Shown piece by piece: positions 48,319 to 59,527 of a DNA stretch of 64,000 nucleotides (position 1 is its first letter; each line of letters opens with the position of its first letter). Source of the stretch: Candidatus Krumholzibacteriales bacterium (GTDB lineage: Bacteria > Krumholzibacteriota > Krumholzibacteriia > Krumholzibacteriales > WJIX01); NCBI GenBank assembly GCA_046483305.1, contig JAWODM010000014.1, forward strand, positions 63,925-127,924. The letters are read 5' to 3'. The notes below the pieces were generated by a model. It worked only from the letters and a program-made list of their open reading frames with translations. It ran no database searches and was not told the origin of the DNA. The position numbers were made by a program, and so were the translations under genes.

Positions 48319-49482
48319 ATGAAATCTATCAGGATTCTCTTTTTTATCAGCTCACTGAATTGCGGCGGAGCGGAAAATCATCTTCTCAACATCTGCCGGT
48401 TTCTTTCGGGACAGGGGCATTATGCGGCTGTCTGTTCACTCTCCGGCGGCGGGGACGACCTGGAGGAAAAGTTCAGGGAGCTGGGGACCGGGCTTTCCTA
48501 TCTTAACCTTCCCTCGCTGGCGTCCTTCTGCAACCCGGCCCGTGTCGGAAGGCTGAGGCGGATCGTAAAAACAGCCGCCCCGGATATCATTCACGCCCAT
48601 CTGTATCATGCTGAAGCTACCGCCGCGCTGGGGTCTCTCTTTTGTGACGCTCCCCTGATAGTTACCAGGCACAGCTCCGGGCTGGAGTTCAACGGTTTCA
48701 GGAGGCTGGTGACCGGAGCGGCATCCTCGAGAATAGACCGCCTGATAGCGGTGAGCTCCCAGGCCGCCGATGAGGCCTCAAAGACCGGAACAGACAGAGA
48801 ACGGATTTCAGTGATTGAAAGCGGTATAGATACGGATCTCTTCAGGCCCCTTTCAGGCGATCAGAGGGAGAAAGAGAGAAGAAATTACTTGAACCGGCTG
48901 TTCGGAAGCGACGGGGAAAAGCCCCTGATCCTGATCGGTTCGGTGGGAGGCCTAAGGCCGGTGAAGAACTTTGAGCTTTTTCTCCGGATGGCCGGGCGGC
49001 TTACAAACAGCGGAAGCGGTCTGTCTCAGCGGCTGAGGTTCGTAATCACAGGGGAGGGCGGGCAGAGAGAACGGCTCCGTAAACTGATCGATGAACTGGA
49101 TATCGGTGATGTGACCGCAATGCCCGGCAGAACCGAAAGCCCCGAGAAGGTGATCCCGCTCTTTGACATATTCGTCCTGACTTCGGATTCGGAAGGGGTG
49201 CCGGTTGCCTTCCTGGAAGCGATGTCATGCGGGGTTCCATGTGTGGCCAGCAGGGTGGGAGGGATCCCGGATGCGGCTGCCGGAAATTCGCTTCTCCCCG
49301 AGGCCGGGGACCTGGACGGATTTGTCCGGAGCGTAAGCTCCCTGGCAGAAGACGGCCGGCAGCGGGACCGGATAGGAGCCAGAAACAGGGAAATCGCCGT
49401 TGAGCGATACGGCCTGGAAGGCTGGGGCAGCCGGATCCTCTCGGTTTATTCCTCCGCTCTGAAAACTTCCCAGGCAGAATAG
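48319..49482 (+). CDS. GT4-family glycosyltransferase
   Basis: GGAE, DIIHAH, GIDT, EGVPVAFLEAM (EX7E), VGGIP. Confidence 0.9.
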   Translation: MKSIRILFFISSLNCGGAENHLLNICRFLSGQGHYAAVCSLSGGGDDLEEKFRELGTGLSYLNLPSLASFCNPARVGRLRRIVKTAAPDIIHAHLYHAEATAALGSLFCDAPLIVTRHSSGLEFNGFRRLVTGAASSRIDRLIAVSSQAADEASKTGTDRERISVIESGIDTDLFRPLSGDQREKERRNYLNRLFGSDGEKPLILIGSVGGLRPVKNFELFLRMAGRLTNSGSGLSQRLRFVITGEGGQRERLRKLIDELDIGDVTAMPGRTESPEKVIPLFDIFVLTSDSEGVPVAFLEAMSCGVPCVASRVGGIPDAAAGNSLLPEAGDLDGFVRSVSSLAEDGRQRDRIGARNREIAVERYGLEGWGSRILSVYSSALKTSQAE

Positions 49483-49510
49483 AAATATTTCATTTTATTC
49501 ACATGAAAAT

Positions 49511-49539
49511 TGAAACTTTCGGGTGACTGGAGACTATAT
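49511..49539 (+). promoter_or_regulatory. candidate ECF-sigma promoter for the PDZ lipoprotein
   Basis: TGAAACTTT...GACTATA at ECF-like spacing. Confidence 0.4.
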
Positions 49540-49637
49540 ATCAGTAGAGTCATCAGAGAAAACTTAAGATAATACCCGCCGGCGGAATCAAAGCCGGCCG
49601 ATACAGGATCAACAGAACCGGAAAGAGAGGAACCGCC

Positions 49638-50651
49638 ATGAAAAAGGGATTACTCGTAGTCCTGGCAGTTGTTGTGGGAACTGCCCTGCTGTCAGCCTGC
49701 GGCGCGCAGGCGGGAAGGACAGCGGTGAAAGCGGCCAGCGGTGAGGAAGCCAGAAAAGAGAAGGCGTTTCTCGGTATTTTCATGTCTGATCTTACTGAGG
49801 AGGCGATCAAGGAAAAGGGTTACCGGATTGAAAAAGGCGTTATTATCAGCGGGGTGATTGATGGAAGTCCCGCCGATGAAGCTGATATTGAAGAAGGGGA
49901 CATAGTTATCAGTATCGACGGAATCGAGATCGGGGATACCAGGCAACTGGCCGGTCAGGTGGCCGCCAGAAAGCCGGGAGACCGGGTGAAGATAGAGCTT
50001 TTCAGGAATGGCGAAAAGAAGAGTATCGAGGTGGAACTCGGTGAGAAGGAAGAGGATGAATGGGTGATTTCCTGGGACGATGATGACCTGAGCAAATACT
50101 ATATCCAGATGTCCAGGATGGGCAAGCACCTGGGAAAGTCTATCGGGGGGATGTTTGAAAGCTACAATTGGAAACTGAGCGGGATGGAAGTTTCGGAAAT
50201 CGACGGGGACCTGGCGGATTACTTCGAAGTGGATGAGGGGGAAGGGGTTCTGGTCACCGAAGTTGACGAAGAGGGTGTGGCAGGCCAGATAGGGATAAGG
50301 AGCGGCGATATCATCGTGGAGGTAGGGGGAAAGAAGATTGAATCGGTGGACGACCTGAATGAAGCCGTGGGAGATTGCGAAGGCGAATTTAAAGTGGTAG
50401 TGGTGAGAAAGGGCCGCCGGAAGGAGTTCGAGGTAGATCTGGAAGATTATGATGCCGGCTATAATATTCACAGGCTTCCCGAAGACAGAGAGCTGAAGAT
50501 AAAGATTCCCCGCAGGGATATAATCGATATCAAAACCATGAAACTGGCCAGAGAGTTCGAGGAGGACCTCGAGAAGGAACTCCAGGAGCTGAAGTTGAAG
50601 CTGGAGGAGCTGAAGAAGAGGCTGGAAAGGATGGAAAAAGACCGGGAATAA
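49638..50651 (+). CDS. lipoprotein with two PDZ domains and a C-terminal coiled coil (no protease domain)
   Basis: Lipobox LSAC; FLGI...GSPA...GDIV; second domain GVLV...GDII; heptad-like tail. Confidence 0.8.
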   Translation: MKKGLLVVLAVVVGTALLSACGAQAGRTAVKAASGEEARKEKAFLGIFMSDLTEEAIKEKGYRIEKGVIISGVIDGSPADEADIEEGDIVISIDGIEIGDTRQLAGQVAARKPGDRVKIELFRNGEKKSIEVELGEKEEDEWVISWDDDDLSKYYIQMSRMGKHLGKSIGGMFESYNWKLSGMEVSEIDGDLADYFEVDEGEGVLVTEVDEEGVAGQIGIRSGDIIVEVGGKKIESVDDLNEAVGDCEGEFKVVVVRKGRRKEFEVDLEDYDAGYNIHRLPEDRELKIKIPRRDIIDIKTMKLAREFEEDLEKELQELKLKLEELKKRLERMEKDRE

Positions 50652-50674
50652 TGTTTCTCTGAACCTTTCAGACC

Positions 50675-50706
50675 GGGGTGTTCCGCAGCGGAACACCCCT
50701 TTTTTT
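50675..50706 (+). terminator. intrinsic terminator
   Basis: GGGGTGTTCCG-CAG-CGGAACACCCC followed by T7. Confidence 0.85.
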
Positions 50707-50994
50707 GCCCTTTAACCGGCTGCCGTGATGAGACTGGACCCTTACGTATTTGAATTGGATTTTCCCCAATATTTCATCAATCAGCCGCAGATGGCAGTTC
50801 AGTTACACTGATTCCAGCTCTTATTTTCTGCAGTACAGTATCGTATGGTTACTCAGTAGAATTACTGTGATGTTTTTGGGGAAACTCCAGGTATTTAAAC
50901 CTTTGACAGTAACAATAAAGTAGTCTATTTTATTTATCACCGGAATAGATATCAGGCGGGACATTCCGGGAATTATTAACTGGGAGAGAGAAAT

Positions 50995-51726
50995 ATGGAA
51001 GAGAACAGGCAGGAGTTCGAGGTCGATACTGTTAAAGCGGAGCCTGATAAGAAGTTTCTTGCTTCAATAGCTGACATTTTCGTTGATCCGGGAAAGGTTT
51101 TCAACCGTATAGACGCCGGGCTTGAATGGTGGAAGCCGTTCATACTGGTAGCTGCTGTCATGATCATCATGGTGTGGGCTCAAGCGCCGGTCAATATGCA
51201 GGTAATGTCTCTGAATGAAAGGGGCCTGAGTGAAGAGCAGCTTCAGATGGCCCTGGACAGAATGGGGACCTTTCAGGTAGTAGGGTATATCGTGGCTCCG
51301 ATAGCCGCCATTACCATTTACCTGCTCAGCGCGTTGGTGATTAATATCACCGCCAACCTGATGAGCGGGCGCTCCGATTACAGGAAAGCGCTCAGCCTCT
51401 CTATATTTGTTGGCCTGATACCGCTGGTGGAACAGATAATTTCGGTGGTGGTGGTCCGGATGCGGGGAATAGAGGCTATACAGTCCACCCAGGATGCCCA
51501 GATATCTCTCAGCCTGGCTCCTCTTTTTTCGGACGCCGGGAATTTTGTCAACTCAATCCTGAAGAGTCTCAGTATTTTCAGTATATGGTATTATATAGTC
51601 ATGGCCCTGGGTATAGCCGCCATATACAGGATAAATGTCAAGAAATCCGCGGTTCCGGTGGTTATTCTTTGGATAATTTCCTTCCTGTTCATATATTTAG
51701 GTAGTCTGTTCAGCGTGAGCGCGTGA
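50995..51726 (+). CDS. Yip1-family membrane protein
   Basis: IFVDPGKVF...WWKP, five TM segments, FSIWY...GIA. Confidence 0.75.
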   Translation: MEENRQEFEVDTVKAEPDKKFLASIADIFVDPGKVFNRIDAGLEWWKPFILVAAVMIIMVWAQAPVNMQVMSLNERGLSEEQLQMALDRMGTFQVVGYIVAPIAAITIYLLSALVINITANLMSGRSDYRKALSLSIFVGLIPLVEQIISVVVVRMRGIEAIQSTQDAQISLSLAPLFSDAGNFVNSILKSLSIFSIWYYIVMALGIAAIYRINVKKSAVPVVILWIISFLFIYLGSLFSVSA

Positions 51727-51815
51727 AGGGGTGGCGGCAGGGAACAGATTTTTTATGATACTGAACTGGAGATTTGCTGGAACTTTTGAAGATTTAAATT
51801 CAATGGAGGTCAGGT

Positions 51816-53894
51816 TTGAAGCAGTACAATATCGAAGATTTAAGAAATGTGGTGTTCGTGGGGCACCAGTCTTCAGGGAAAACATCCCTTTGTGAAGCGA
51901 TACTTTTCAATACCGGGATTATCAACAGAATGGGAAGCGTTGAAAACGGCAATACCGTTATGGATTCCGACCCGGAAGAGAAGGAACGTAACATATCGGT
52001 TTCGATGAGCATAGCCGCCATCGAAAAGGACGGAAAGAAGATAAACCTGATCGATACTCCCGGGTATGCCGATTTCATTGGGCAGATGCTTTCCGGGATA
52101 AGTGTCGCTGAAAGCGGCGTGATAGTGATCCCCGCTGACGGAGGGATTGAAGCCGGTTCCGAGGTCGCCAACAGCTACCTCAGGGATAAGGGAGCCCCCC
52201 GTTTCGTATGCGTAAACAAGATGGACAAGGAGCACGCCGATTTCGATAAATGCGTTCAGGAAGCCCAGAACGTCCTTGGAAAGGAAGTGATGCCGCTGAT
52301 TCTTCCGGCAGGCAGCGGAGCGCAGTTCAGGGGTGTTGTCAATATTCTGGAGAACAAGGCGTATATTTACAGCGAAGGCGGAAAATTCAGCGAGGAGGAA
52401 GTCCCCTCCGAACTTGAGGATAAGGTAAATTCTATCCGCGAGGAGCTTCGTGATTTTGCGGCCGAGAGCGATGATTCCCTGCTGGAGAAGTATCTGGAGA
52501 CCGGCGAGCTGTCCGGCGAGGAGCTGGTGAGGGGGTTGAGCGCCGGATGCCGCCAGGGCACCCTGGTGCCGCTGGTGGTGACCTCGGCTGCAGAGAATGT
52601 AGGAGTACAGCAGCTTGTCGATATGATGATCAACATGTTTCCCTCTCCGGCATACTTCGAAGAGGTCAAGGTCCTCAAGGGAGGCGAAGAGACCGCTGTC
52701 AGTATAGATCCGGATTCGACTCCTCTGGCCTTTGTGTTCAAATCGTATTCCGAGAAGAACGTGGGCAAACTCTCATATCTGAAAGTCCTCTCCGGCAGGA
52801 TTACCAGCGGTATGGATATGTTCAACTCGACCGCCGAGACATCCGTCCGGATCGGGCAGCTGTATTATGCCATGGGAAGCGAGAAGATCGAAACAGACGA
52901 AATTTCAACCGGCGATATCGGGGTGGCGGTAAAACTGAAGGAAGCAAGGGTTAATGATACTCTCTGCGACAAGGACAACCCGGTCCAGATCCCTGAGATA
53001 GAATATCCTGAACCTTCCATCAGAACCGGGATCGTGCCCAGGGATGAAAGCAACATGGACAAGGTCGGTATCGGCCTGAATAAACTGGCTGAAGAGGACC
53101 CCAGCTTCACCGTGGAGATCAGCCAGCAGCTGAACCAGACCATACTTTCCGGCCAGGGAGAGCTCCATTTCAATGTTATACTGAGCAGGCTCAAGGACCG
53201 GCAGGGGGTGGAAGTGGACATGGTGGAACCGGGAGTGGAGTATCTTGAGACCATTACCTCGACCAGCCAGGCCCAGGGTAAACACAAGAAGCAGAGCGGG
53301 GGAAGGGGCCAGTACGGAGATGTCTGGATCAAGCTGGAACCGCAGCCCCGCGGGGAAGGGTTTGAGTTCGTGAATGAGATCGTGGGAGGGGTTGTCCCCA
53401 GCAAGTTCGTTCCGGCGGTGGAAAAAGGTATAGTCGAAGCGATGCAGAAGGGAGTGATCGCCGGATACAGGATGGTGGATGTGCGGGCCACTCTCTACGA
53501 CGGGACCCATCACAGCGTGGATTCGTCCGAAGCGGCATTCAAGGCCGCCGGGTCCAAGGGATTCAAGGCCGCGGTAAAGGATGCCAAACCGGTGCTTCTG
53601 GAGCCGATAATGGAAGTGACGGTAAGGGTGCCGGAGAATTATATGGGTGATGTGATGGGCGATCTTTCCATGAGAAGGGGGAAGATACAGGGCACCGAAC
53701 AGGACAACACCATGCAGATAATAAAGGCCCAGGTTCCGCTGGCTGAACTGTACAGGTATTCCACCTCCCTGAGGTCAATGACTCAGGGGCGGGCCAGTCA
53801 TACCAGGGTATTCTCTCATTATGAGATAGTGCCTCACGAGCAGGCGCAGAAGTTAATAGCCCGGGCGAACATAGACGAAGAGGAATCTGATTGA
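51816..53894 (+). CDS. fusA: elongation factor G paralog (EF-G2 type)
   Basis: GHQSSGKT, DTPGYADF, NKMD, GQGELH, KKQSGGRGQYG, VDSSE; divergent G motifs and not in a str operon. Confidence 0.9.
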   Translation: MKQYNIEDLRNVVFVGHQSSGKTSLCEAILFNTGIINRMGSVENGNTVMDSDPEEKERNISVSMSIAAIEKDGKKINLIDTPGYADFIGQMLSGISVAESGVIVIPADGGIEAGSEVANSYLRDKGAPRFVCVNKMDKEHADFDKCVQEAQNVLGKEVMPLILPAGSGAQFRGVVNILENKAYIYSEGGKFSEEEVPSELEDKVNSIREELRDFAAESDDSLLEKYLETGELSGEELVRGLSAGCRQGTLVPLVVTSAAENVGVQQLVDMMINMFPSPAYFEEVKVLKGGEETAVSIDPDSTPLAFVFKSYSEKNVGKLSYLKVLSGRITSGMDMFNSTAETSVRIGQLYYAMGSEKIETDEISTGDIGVAVKLKEARVNDTLCDKDNPVQIPEIEYPEPSIRTGIVPRDESNMDKVGIGLNKLAEEDPSFTVEISQQLNQTILSGQGELHFNVILSRLKDRQGVEVDMVEPGVEYLETITSTSQAQGKHKKQSGGRGQYGDVWIKLEPQPRGEGFEFVNEIVGGVVPSKFVPAVEKGIVEAMQKGVIAGYRMVDVRATLYDGTHHSVDSSEAAFKAAGSKGFKAAVKDAKPVLLEPIMEVTVRVPENYMGDVMGDLSMRRGKIQGTEQDNTMQIIKAQVPLAELYRYSTSLRSMTQGRASHTRVFSHYEIVPHEQAQKLIARANIDEEESD

Positions 53895-53915
53895 TAGTAT
53901 AGCGGGAGGCATATA

Positions 53916-54671
53916 GTGTCAGGCCATTCCAAGTGGAGTACCATAAAGAGGAAAAAGGCGAAGGAAGACGCCAAGCGCGGTAAGATATATACCAAGCTCA
54001 TTAAGCAGATAGTGATTGCCGCCAAGGAGGGCGGTGGCGATCCGGAGGCCAACCCGGTTCTGAGAACCGCTGTCCAGAATGCCCGCGACAATAATATGCC
54101 GAAAAAGAATATCGCCAAGGCTATTAAGCGTGGCACCGGCGAGCTTCCCGGAATCAATTACGAACGGTGCTCCTTCGAGGGGTACGCCCCGGGGGGAGTG
54201 GCGGTATTCGTCAACTGCCTTACCGATAACCACAACCGGACCAGCGCCGAGGTCAGGCATATCTTCAATAAGTACAGCGGCCACCTTGGAGAACCTCACT
54301 CGGTTTCATACCTGTTTGAGCGGAAGGGGCAGATCGTATTCGAAGCATCGGAGATGGACGAGGAGACGGTGTACGAAATAGCGTTGGAGAACGGGGCTGA
54401 AGATATAAGCCTGGATAACGGTTACTATGAAATAATATCCGCACCGGAAAACTTCGAGGCGCTTCATCAGAATATCGTCAAAGCGGGTATTGAATGCGAA
54501 ACCGCCGAGATAACCCTCATCCCGAATTCAGAGGTTAAGCTGGACGCTTCTAACGCAGTGGGCGTTCTCAAGCTGCTGGACGCCCTGGAAGACCATGACG
54601 ATGTGGAGAATGTCAGCTCGAATTTCGATATACCGGATGAGATTCTGGAGCAGATACAGGATGAAATCTGA
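53916..54671 (+). CDS. yebC: YebC/PmpR-family protein
   Basis: MSGHSKWSTIKRKK, EGYAPGG, TDNHNRT, LEDHDDV. Confidence 0.95.
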   Translation: MSGHSKWSTIKRKKAKEDAKRGKIYTKLIKQIVIAAKEGGGDPEANPVLRTAVQNARDNNMPKKNIAKAIKRGTGELPGINYERCSFEGYAPGGVAVFVNCLTDNHNRTSAEVRHIFNKYSGHLGEPHSVSYLFERKGQIVFEASEMDEETVYEIALENGAEDISLDNGYYEIISAPENFEALHQNIVKAGIECETAEITLIPNSEVKLDASNAVGVLKLLDALEDHDDVENVSSNFDIPDEILEQIQDEI

Positions 54672-54748
54672 ATGATTTTCAACCCGGTCCTCCGCCGTTC
54701 GGACCGTGAGACCATGGATATATCTTTTGAAACAGGGATGAGGACGTT

Positions 54749-55243
54749 ATGTCACTGACGCTCGGTATCGATCCCGGCAGTTACTGTACCGGATACGGAC
54801 TGGCCCGCTCCGAGGGCCGCAGGAATATCTACGTCGATTCCGGTGTTATCAGGGTCGGGAAGAACAAAAACAGGGCTGCGCGGCTGAAGGAGATCAAGGA
54901 GAAGGTAGACCGGGTGATAGAAATACACGATCCGGATGATGTGGCTATAGAGGGAATCTTCATATCAAAGAACCCTAAAAGCGCTTTTGCCCTGGGAGAG
55001 ACCCGGGGGGTAATCCTTCTGGCCGCGGCACAGGCGGGGAAGGATATTTTCGAATATTCGCCCCGGGAAGTTAAAAGGAGCGTTGCCGGATCGGGCAACG
55101 CCCACAAGTCACAGGTAGCCGCCATGATAAGCAAGCTTCTGAATCTGGAGCATCAGCCGGAGGTCACCGACGAAACGGACGCTCTGGCGATCGCGTTCTG
55201 CCACCTGGCCAGGCGGGCAGGCAGGCTGAAGGGGTTGATCTGA
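54749..55243 (+). CDS. ruvC: Holliday junction resolvase RuvC
   Basis: LGIDPG, AIE, GSGNAHK, DETDALAIA. Confidence 0.95.
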   Translation: MSLTLGIDPGSYCTGYGLARSEGRRNIYVDSGVIRVGKNKNRAARLKEIKEKVDRVIEIHDPDDVAIEGIFISKNPKSAFALGETRGVILLAAAQAGKDIFEYSPREVKRSVAGSGNAHKSQVAAMISKLLNLEHQPEVTDETDALAIAFCHLARRAGRLKGLI

Positions 55244-55244
55244 T

Positions 55245-55862
55245 TTGATAGCGACCATTGAAGGGGTTCTCAGGGCCAGAATGCCCGACAGTATCATTCT
55301 GGAAACCGGAAACTTCGGAATACAGGTTTTCGTTCCCGAAAAACTGCTGCTGCGTCTCGGCCCGGAGGGAGAACCTCTCCGGCTCTTTACCTACATGCAT
55401 GTCAGAGAGGATGCCATTACCCTGTACGGTTTCAGCGCCGAGAGCGAAAAGAGAATGTTCCTGGCCCTGCTGGGAGTAAGCGGAATCGGCCCCAGGGTTG
55501 CCATGGGTATCATATCGGCGTCCGGGGCTCCCGAAATAGCGTCCTTCATCACTTCCGAAGATACCGCCGCTCTGACCAGGTTCCCCGGGGTTGGCAAGAA
55601 GACCGCCGAGAGGATCGTGCTGGAGCTGAAGGACCGGCTGGAGCCGGCCGATTACGGGGTGGAGGAAATGCCCGGGGCCCCCTCTCTGGACAGCGAACTT
55701 ATCGAAGATGTGGTGGCGGCCCTATGCTCTCTGGGGTTTTCCCGGAGGAGAGCCGCTATGGCGGTAACCGAGCTTGAACCGGCCGATATATCAGATTCGA
55801 TGGAGGTGGGGGATATCGTCAGGGAAGTTCTCAGAAGGAACCCTCCGGGAGGAGTGAGATAG
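55245..55862 (+). CDS. ruvA: Holliday junction branch migration protein RuvA
   Basis: HVREDA..LYGF, VSGIGP, PGVGKKTAERI. Confidence 0.95.
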   Translation: MIATIEGVLRARMPDSIILETGNFGIQVFVPEKLLLRLGPEGEPLRLFTYMHVREDAITLYGFSAESEKRMFLALLGVSGIGPRVAMGIISASGAPEIASFITSEDTAALTRFPGVGKKTAERIVLELKDRLEPADYGVEEMPGAPSLDSELIEDVVAALCSLGFSRRRAAMAVTELEPADISDSMEVGDIVREVLRRNPPGGVR

Positions 55863-55864
55863 TT

Positions 55865-56893
55865 ATGGAAAGACCGATCACCGGCCCTGACGCGGCCCCG
55901 GAAGAAATCAAGGCGGAATCCCTGCTCCGTCCCAGGACCCTTTCGGAATTCGTGGGGCAGGAGCGGCTGAAGGAGAACCTGCGGGTATACATAGAGGCCG
56001 CCAGGCAGCGCGGGGAACAGCTGGACCACGTACTTCTTCACGGCCCGCCCGGGCTGGGCAAGACCACCCTGGCCCATATCATAGCCAGGGAGTTGGGCTC
56101 CAACATCAACGTGGCCTCCGGGCCGGTATTTCAGAGCCCCGCCGAGCTCCTCTCCATCCTGACCCAGCTGGAGGAGAGAGATGTGGTATTCATAGACGAG
56201 ATCCACCGGCTGAACAAGGTGGTGGAGGAGCATCTCTACCCGGCGATGGAGGAATTCCGCTGTGAGCTGATCGTGGACAAGGGGCCGCACGCCAGGCATT
56301 ATTCGCTGAATATCGAACCGTTTACCATAGTGGGAGCCACCACCAGGGCGGGGATGCTGACTCCCCCCATGAGAAGCAGGTTCGGGGTGGTGGCCCGCCT
56401 GGAGTTCTATTCCCCGGAGGAAATTATGGCGATAGTACTCCGCTCTGCCGGGGTGCTGGGGGTAAAGATAGACGAGCAGGGAGCAGAGGAGATTGCCAAG
56501 CGGTCGAGGGGAACACCCCGGATCGCCAACCGGATACTGAGAAGGGTCCGTGACTTCTCCCAGGTGGAGGGAACCGGAGAGATCGACAGGGAGATAGTGG
56601 AATATTCGCTGAACCGGCTTAATATAGACGGGCTGGGCCTGGACGAGATGGACAGAAAGATACTGAGGGTCATCGCGGAGCAGTTCTGCGGCGGGCCGGC
56701 GGGGATAAAGTCGATAGCGGTGGCGGTCTCGGAGGAAGAGGAGACCATCGAGGATGTATATGAACCCTTCCTGATACAGAAAGGTTTCGTACAGAGGACA
56801 GCCAGAGGAAGAAAGATCACCGGAAGGGGGCTCCGGCATATCGGCCTGGATCCGTCCAGCTTTGCGGATAAGCAGCAGGACTTTTTCGAGTGA
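55865..56893 (+). CDS. ruvB: Holliday junction helicase RuvB
   Basis: LRP..L.EFVGQ, GPPGLGKTT, DEIHR, GATTR, RGTPRIA, YEPFL. Confidence 0.97.
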   Translation: MERPITGPDAAPEEIKAESLLRPRTLSEFVGQERLKENLRVYIEAARQRGEQLDHVLLHGPPGLGKTTLAHIIARELGSNINVASGPVFQSPAELLSILTQLEERDVVFIDEIHRLNKVVEEHLYPAMEEFRCELIVDKGPHARHYSLNIEPFTIVGATTRAGMLTPPMRSRFGVVARLEFYSPEEIMAIVLRSAGVLGVKIDEQGAEEIAKRSRGTPRIANRILRRVRDFSQVEGTGEIDREIVEYSLNRLNIDGLGLDEMDRKILRVIAEQFCGGPAGIKSIAVAVSEEEETIEDVYEPFLIQKGFVQRTARGRKITGRGLRHIGLDPSSFADKQQDFFE

Positions 56894-56908
56894 ATGCCCT
56901 GATCGGAT

Positions 56909-57967
56909 ATGATGAAGATTGAAGATTTCGATTACGAACTGCCTGACGAACTGATAGCTCAGTACCCCTCCCAGAAGCGCGAGCACAGCCGCCTGATAGT
57001 CTTCCGGCGAAAAAGCGGCAATATATCCGAGACCATTTTCTCGAATTTCATCAATTATCTTCAGCCCGGCGACCTTCTGGTGATCAACGACACCGAGGTT
57101 ATCCCGGCCAGAATACTGGGAAACAAGGGCAGCGGCGGCGAGGTGGAGGTTTTCCTGGTAAGAAGAACCGGCGAGAGGAAATGGGCCGCCCTGGTGAAAC
57201 CGTCCAGGAGGATCAGGGAGGGAACGGTTATAGAAATCGAGGGGGGCGAAGACAGTATAACCATAACCGGCGAGATAGGAAGGGGAAGCTGGGAGGTGGA
57301 GCTGGGAGGAGAGCTCCCCGAATACGAATTCATCGAGCGTTACGGCCACGTGCCCCTTCCGCCCTATATAAAGAGGACGGATGAAGATATAGATTCCAGA
57401 AGGTATCAGACGGTATACGCGGAGAGAAAGGGGTCGGTGGCGGCCCCCACCGCCGGGCTTCACTTCAGCGAGGATATTCTCGGAGCCATCCGGCGGAAGG
57501 GATGCATGGTTCTGCCGGTAACCCTGCATATAGGCCCCGGCACCTTCAGGCCCCTGGAGAATGAAAAGGTGGAAGATAACCGCCTCTCTCCCGAGGAGTT
57601 CAGGATCGACAGGGAGTACTGGGATATAATCAGGATGGCCCGGCGGGAGAGGCGAAGGGTGATTGCGGTGGGCACCACCACTACCAGGGTGCTGGAATCG
57701 ATGGCTCACGGGGAATTCACCGAAAGAAGAGAGGAGAATGAGGGCGGCAGGGAGTATATCTGCGGCTCTACCGGGCTGTTCATCTACCCGGGATTCGAAT
57801 TCCGGGCGGTGGACGCCCTGCTGACCAACCTGCACCTTCCCCGCTCTTCGCTTTTTCTGCTGGTAAGCGCCTTCGCGGGCAGGGAGAATATGCTACGGGT
57901 ATACGAGTGGGCGGTTAGAAGAAAGATCAGATTCTACAGTTACGGCGACGTTATGTTCATCACCTGA
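56909..57967 (+). CDS. queA: S-adenosylmethionine:tRNA ribosyltransferase-isomerase
   Basis: FDYELP..LIAQ, PLPPYI, YQTVYA, AAPTAGLHF, VGTT, YSYGD. Confidence 0.96.
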   Translation: MMKIEDFDYELPDELIAQYPSQKREHSRLIVFRRKSGNISETIFSNFINYLQPGDLLVINDTEVIPARILGNKGSGGEVEVFLVRRTGERKWAALVKPSRRIREGTVIEIEGGEDSITITGEIGRGSWEVELGGELPEYEFIERYGHVPLPPYIKRTDEDIDSRRYQTVYAERKGSVAAPTAGLHFSEDILGAIRRKGCMVLPVTLHIGPGTFRPLENEKVEDNRLSPEEFRIDREYWDIIRMARRERRRVIAVGTTTTRVLESMAHGEFTERREENEGGREYICGSTGLFIYPGFEFRAVDALLTNLHLPRSSLFLLVSAFAGRENMLRVYEWAVRRKIRFYSYGDVMFIT

Positions 57968-59107
<1,140 letters not shown>

Positions 59108-59135
59108 GTTCGAACTTTTTTTAAAGGGAGGAAAT

Positions 59136-59456
59136 ATGTCATACCTGTTTTTTGCGTTCAGCAACCCCTCAGCGGAGGGTGGCGGATCAACCTTTACCAT
59201 GCTGATACCCCTGATAGCTATCTTCGTGATTTTCTACTTCGTGCTGCTGAGGCCTCAGCAGAAGAAGCAGAAGGAGCACCAGAAGATGGTTTCGGAACTA
59301 GGCAGGGGGGACATGATTATAACCAATGGAGGGCTTTACGGAAAGGTCTTCGACGTGAAGGAACACATCATCGTTCTCAAACTGACCGATGACGTAAAGG
59401 TGGAACTGGTCAAGAACGCCGTTGCCACCGTGGTGGAGAAAAAGAAAGAGGAGTAA
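59136..59456 (+). CDS. yajC: preprotein translocase subunit YajC
   Basis: FYFVLLRPQQKKQKEH, GD.I.T.GG.YG. Confidence 0.93.
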   Translation: MSYLFFAFSNPSAEGGGSTFTMLIPLIAIFVIFYFVLLRPQQKKQKEHQKMVSELGRGDMIITNGGLYGKVFDVKEHIIVLKLTDDVKVELVKNAVATVVEKKKEE

Positions 59457-59527
59457 CCAGCCGGGATTCCGGAAGCGGTGTTCAGGCGGCCTGTTCGGTA
59501 TAACCGATACCGAAGGGGGATGTTAAT

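Noticed and set aside
55652..57835. 727-aa antisense ORF over ruvA/ruvB/queA
   Set aside because: Shadow frame of conserved GC-rich genes; no recognisable motifs.
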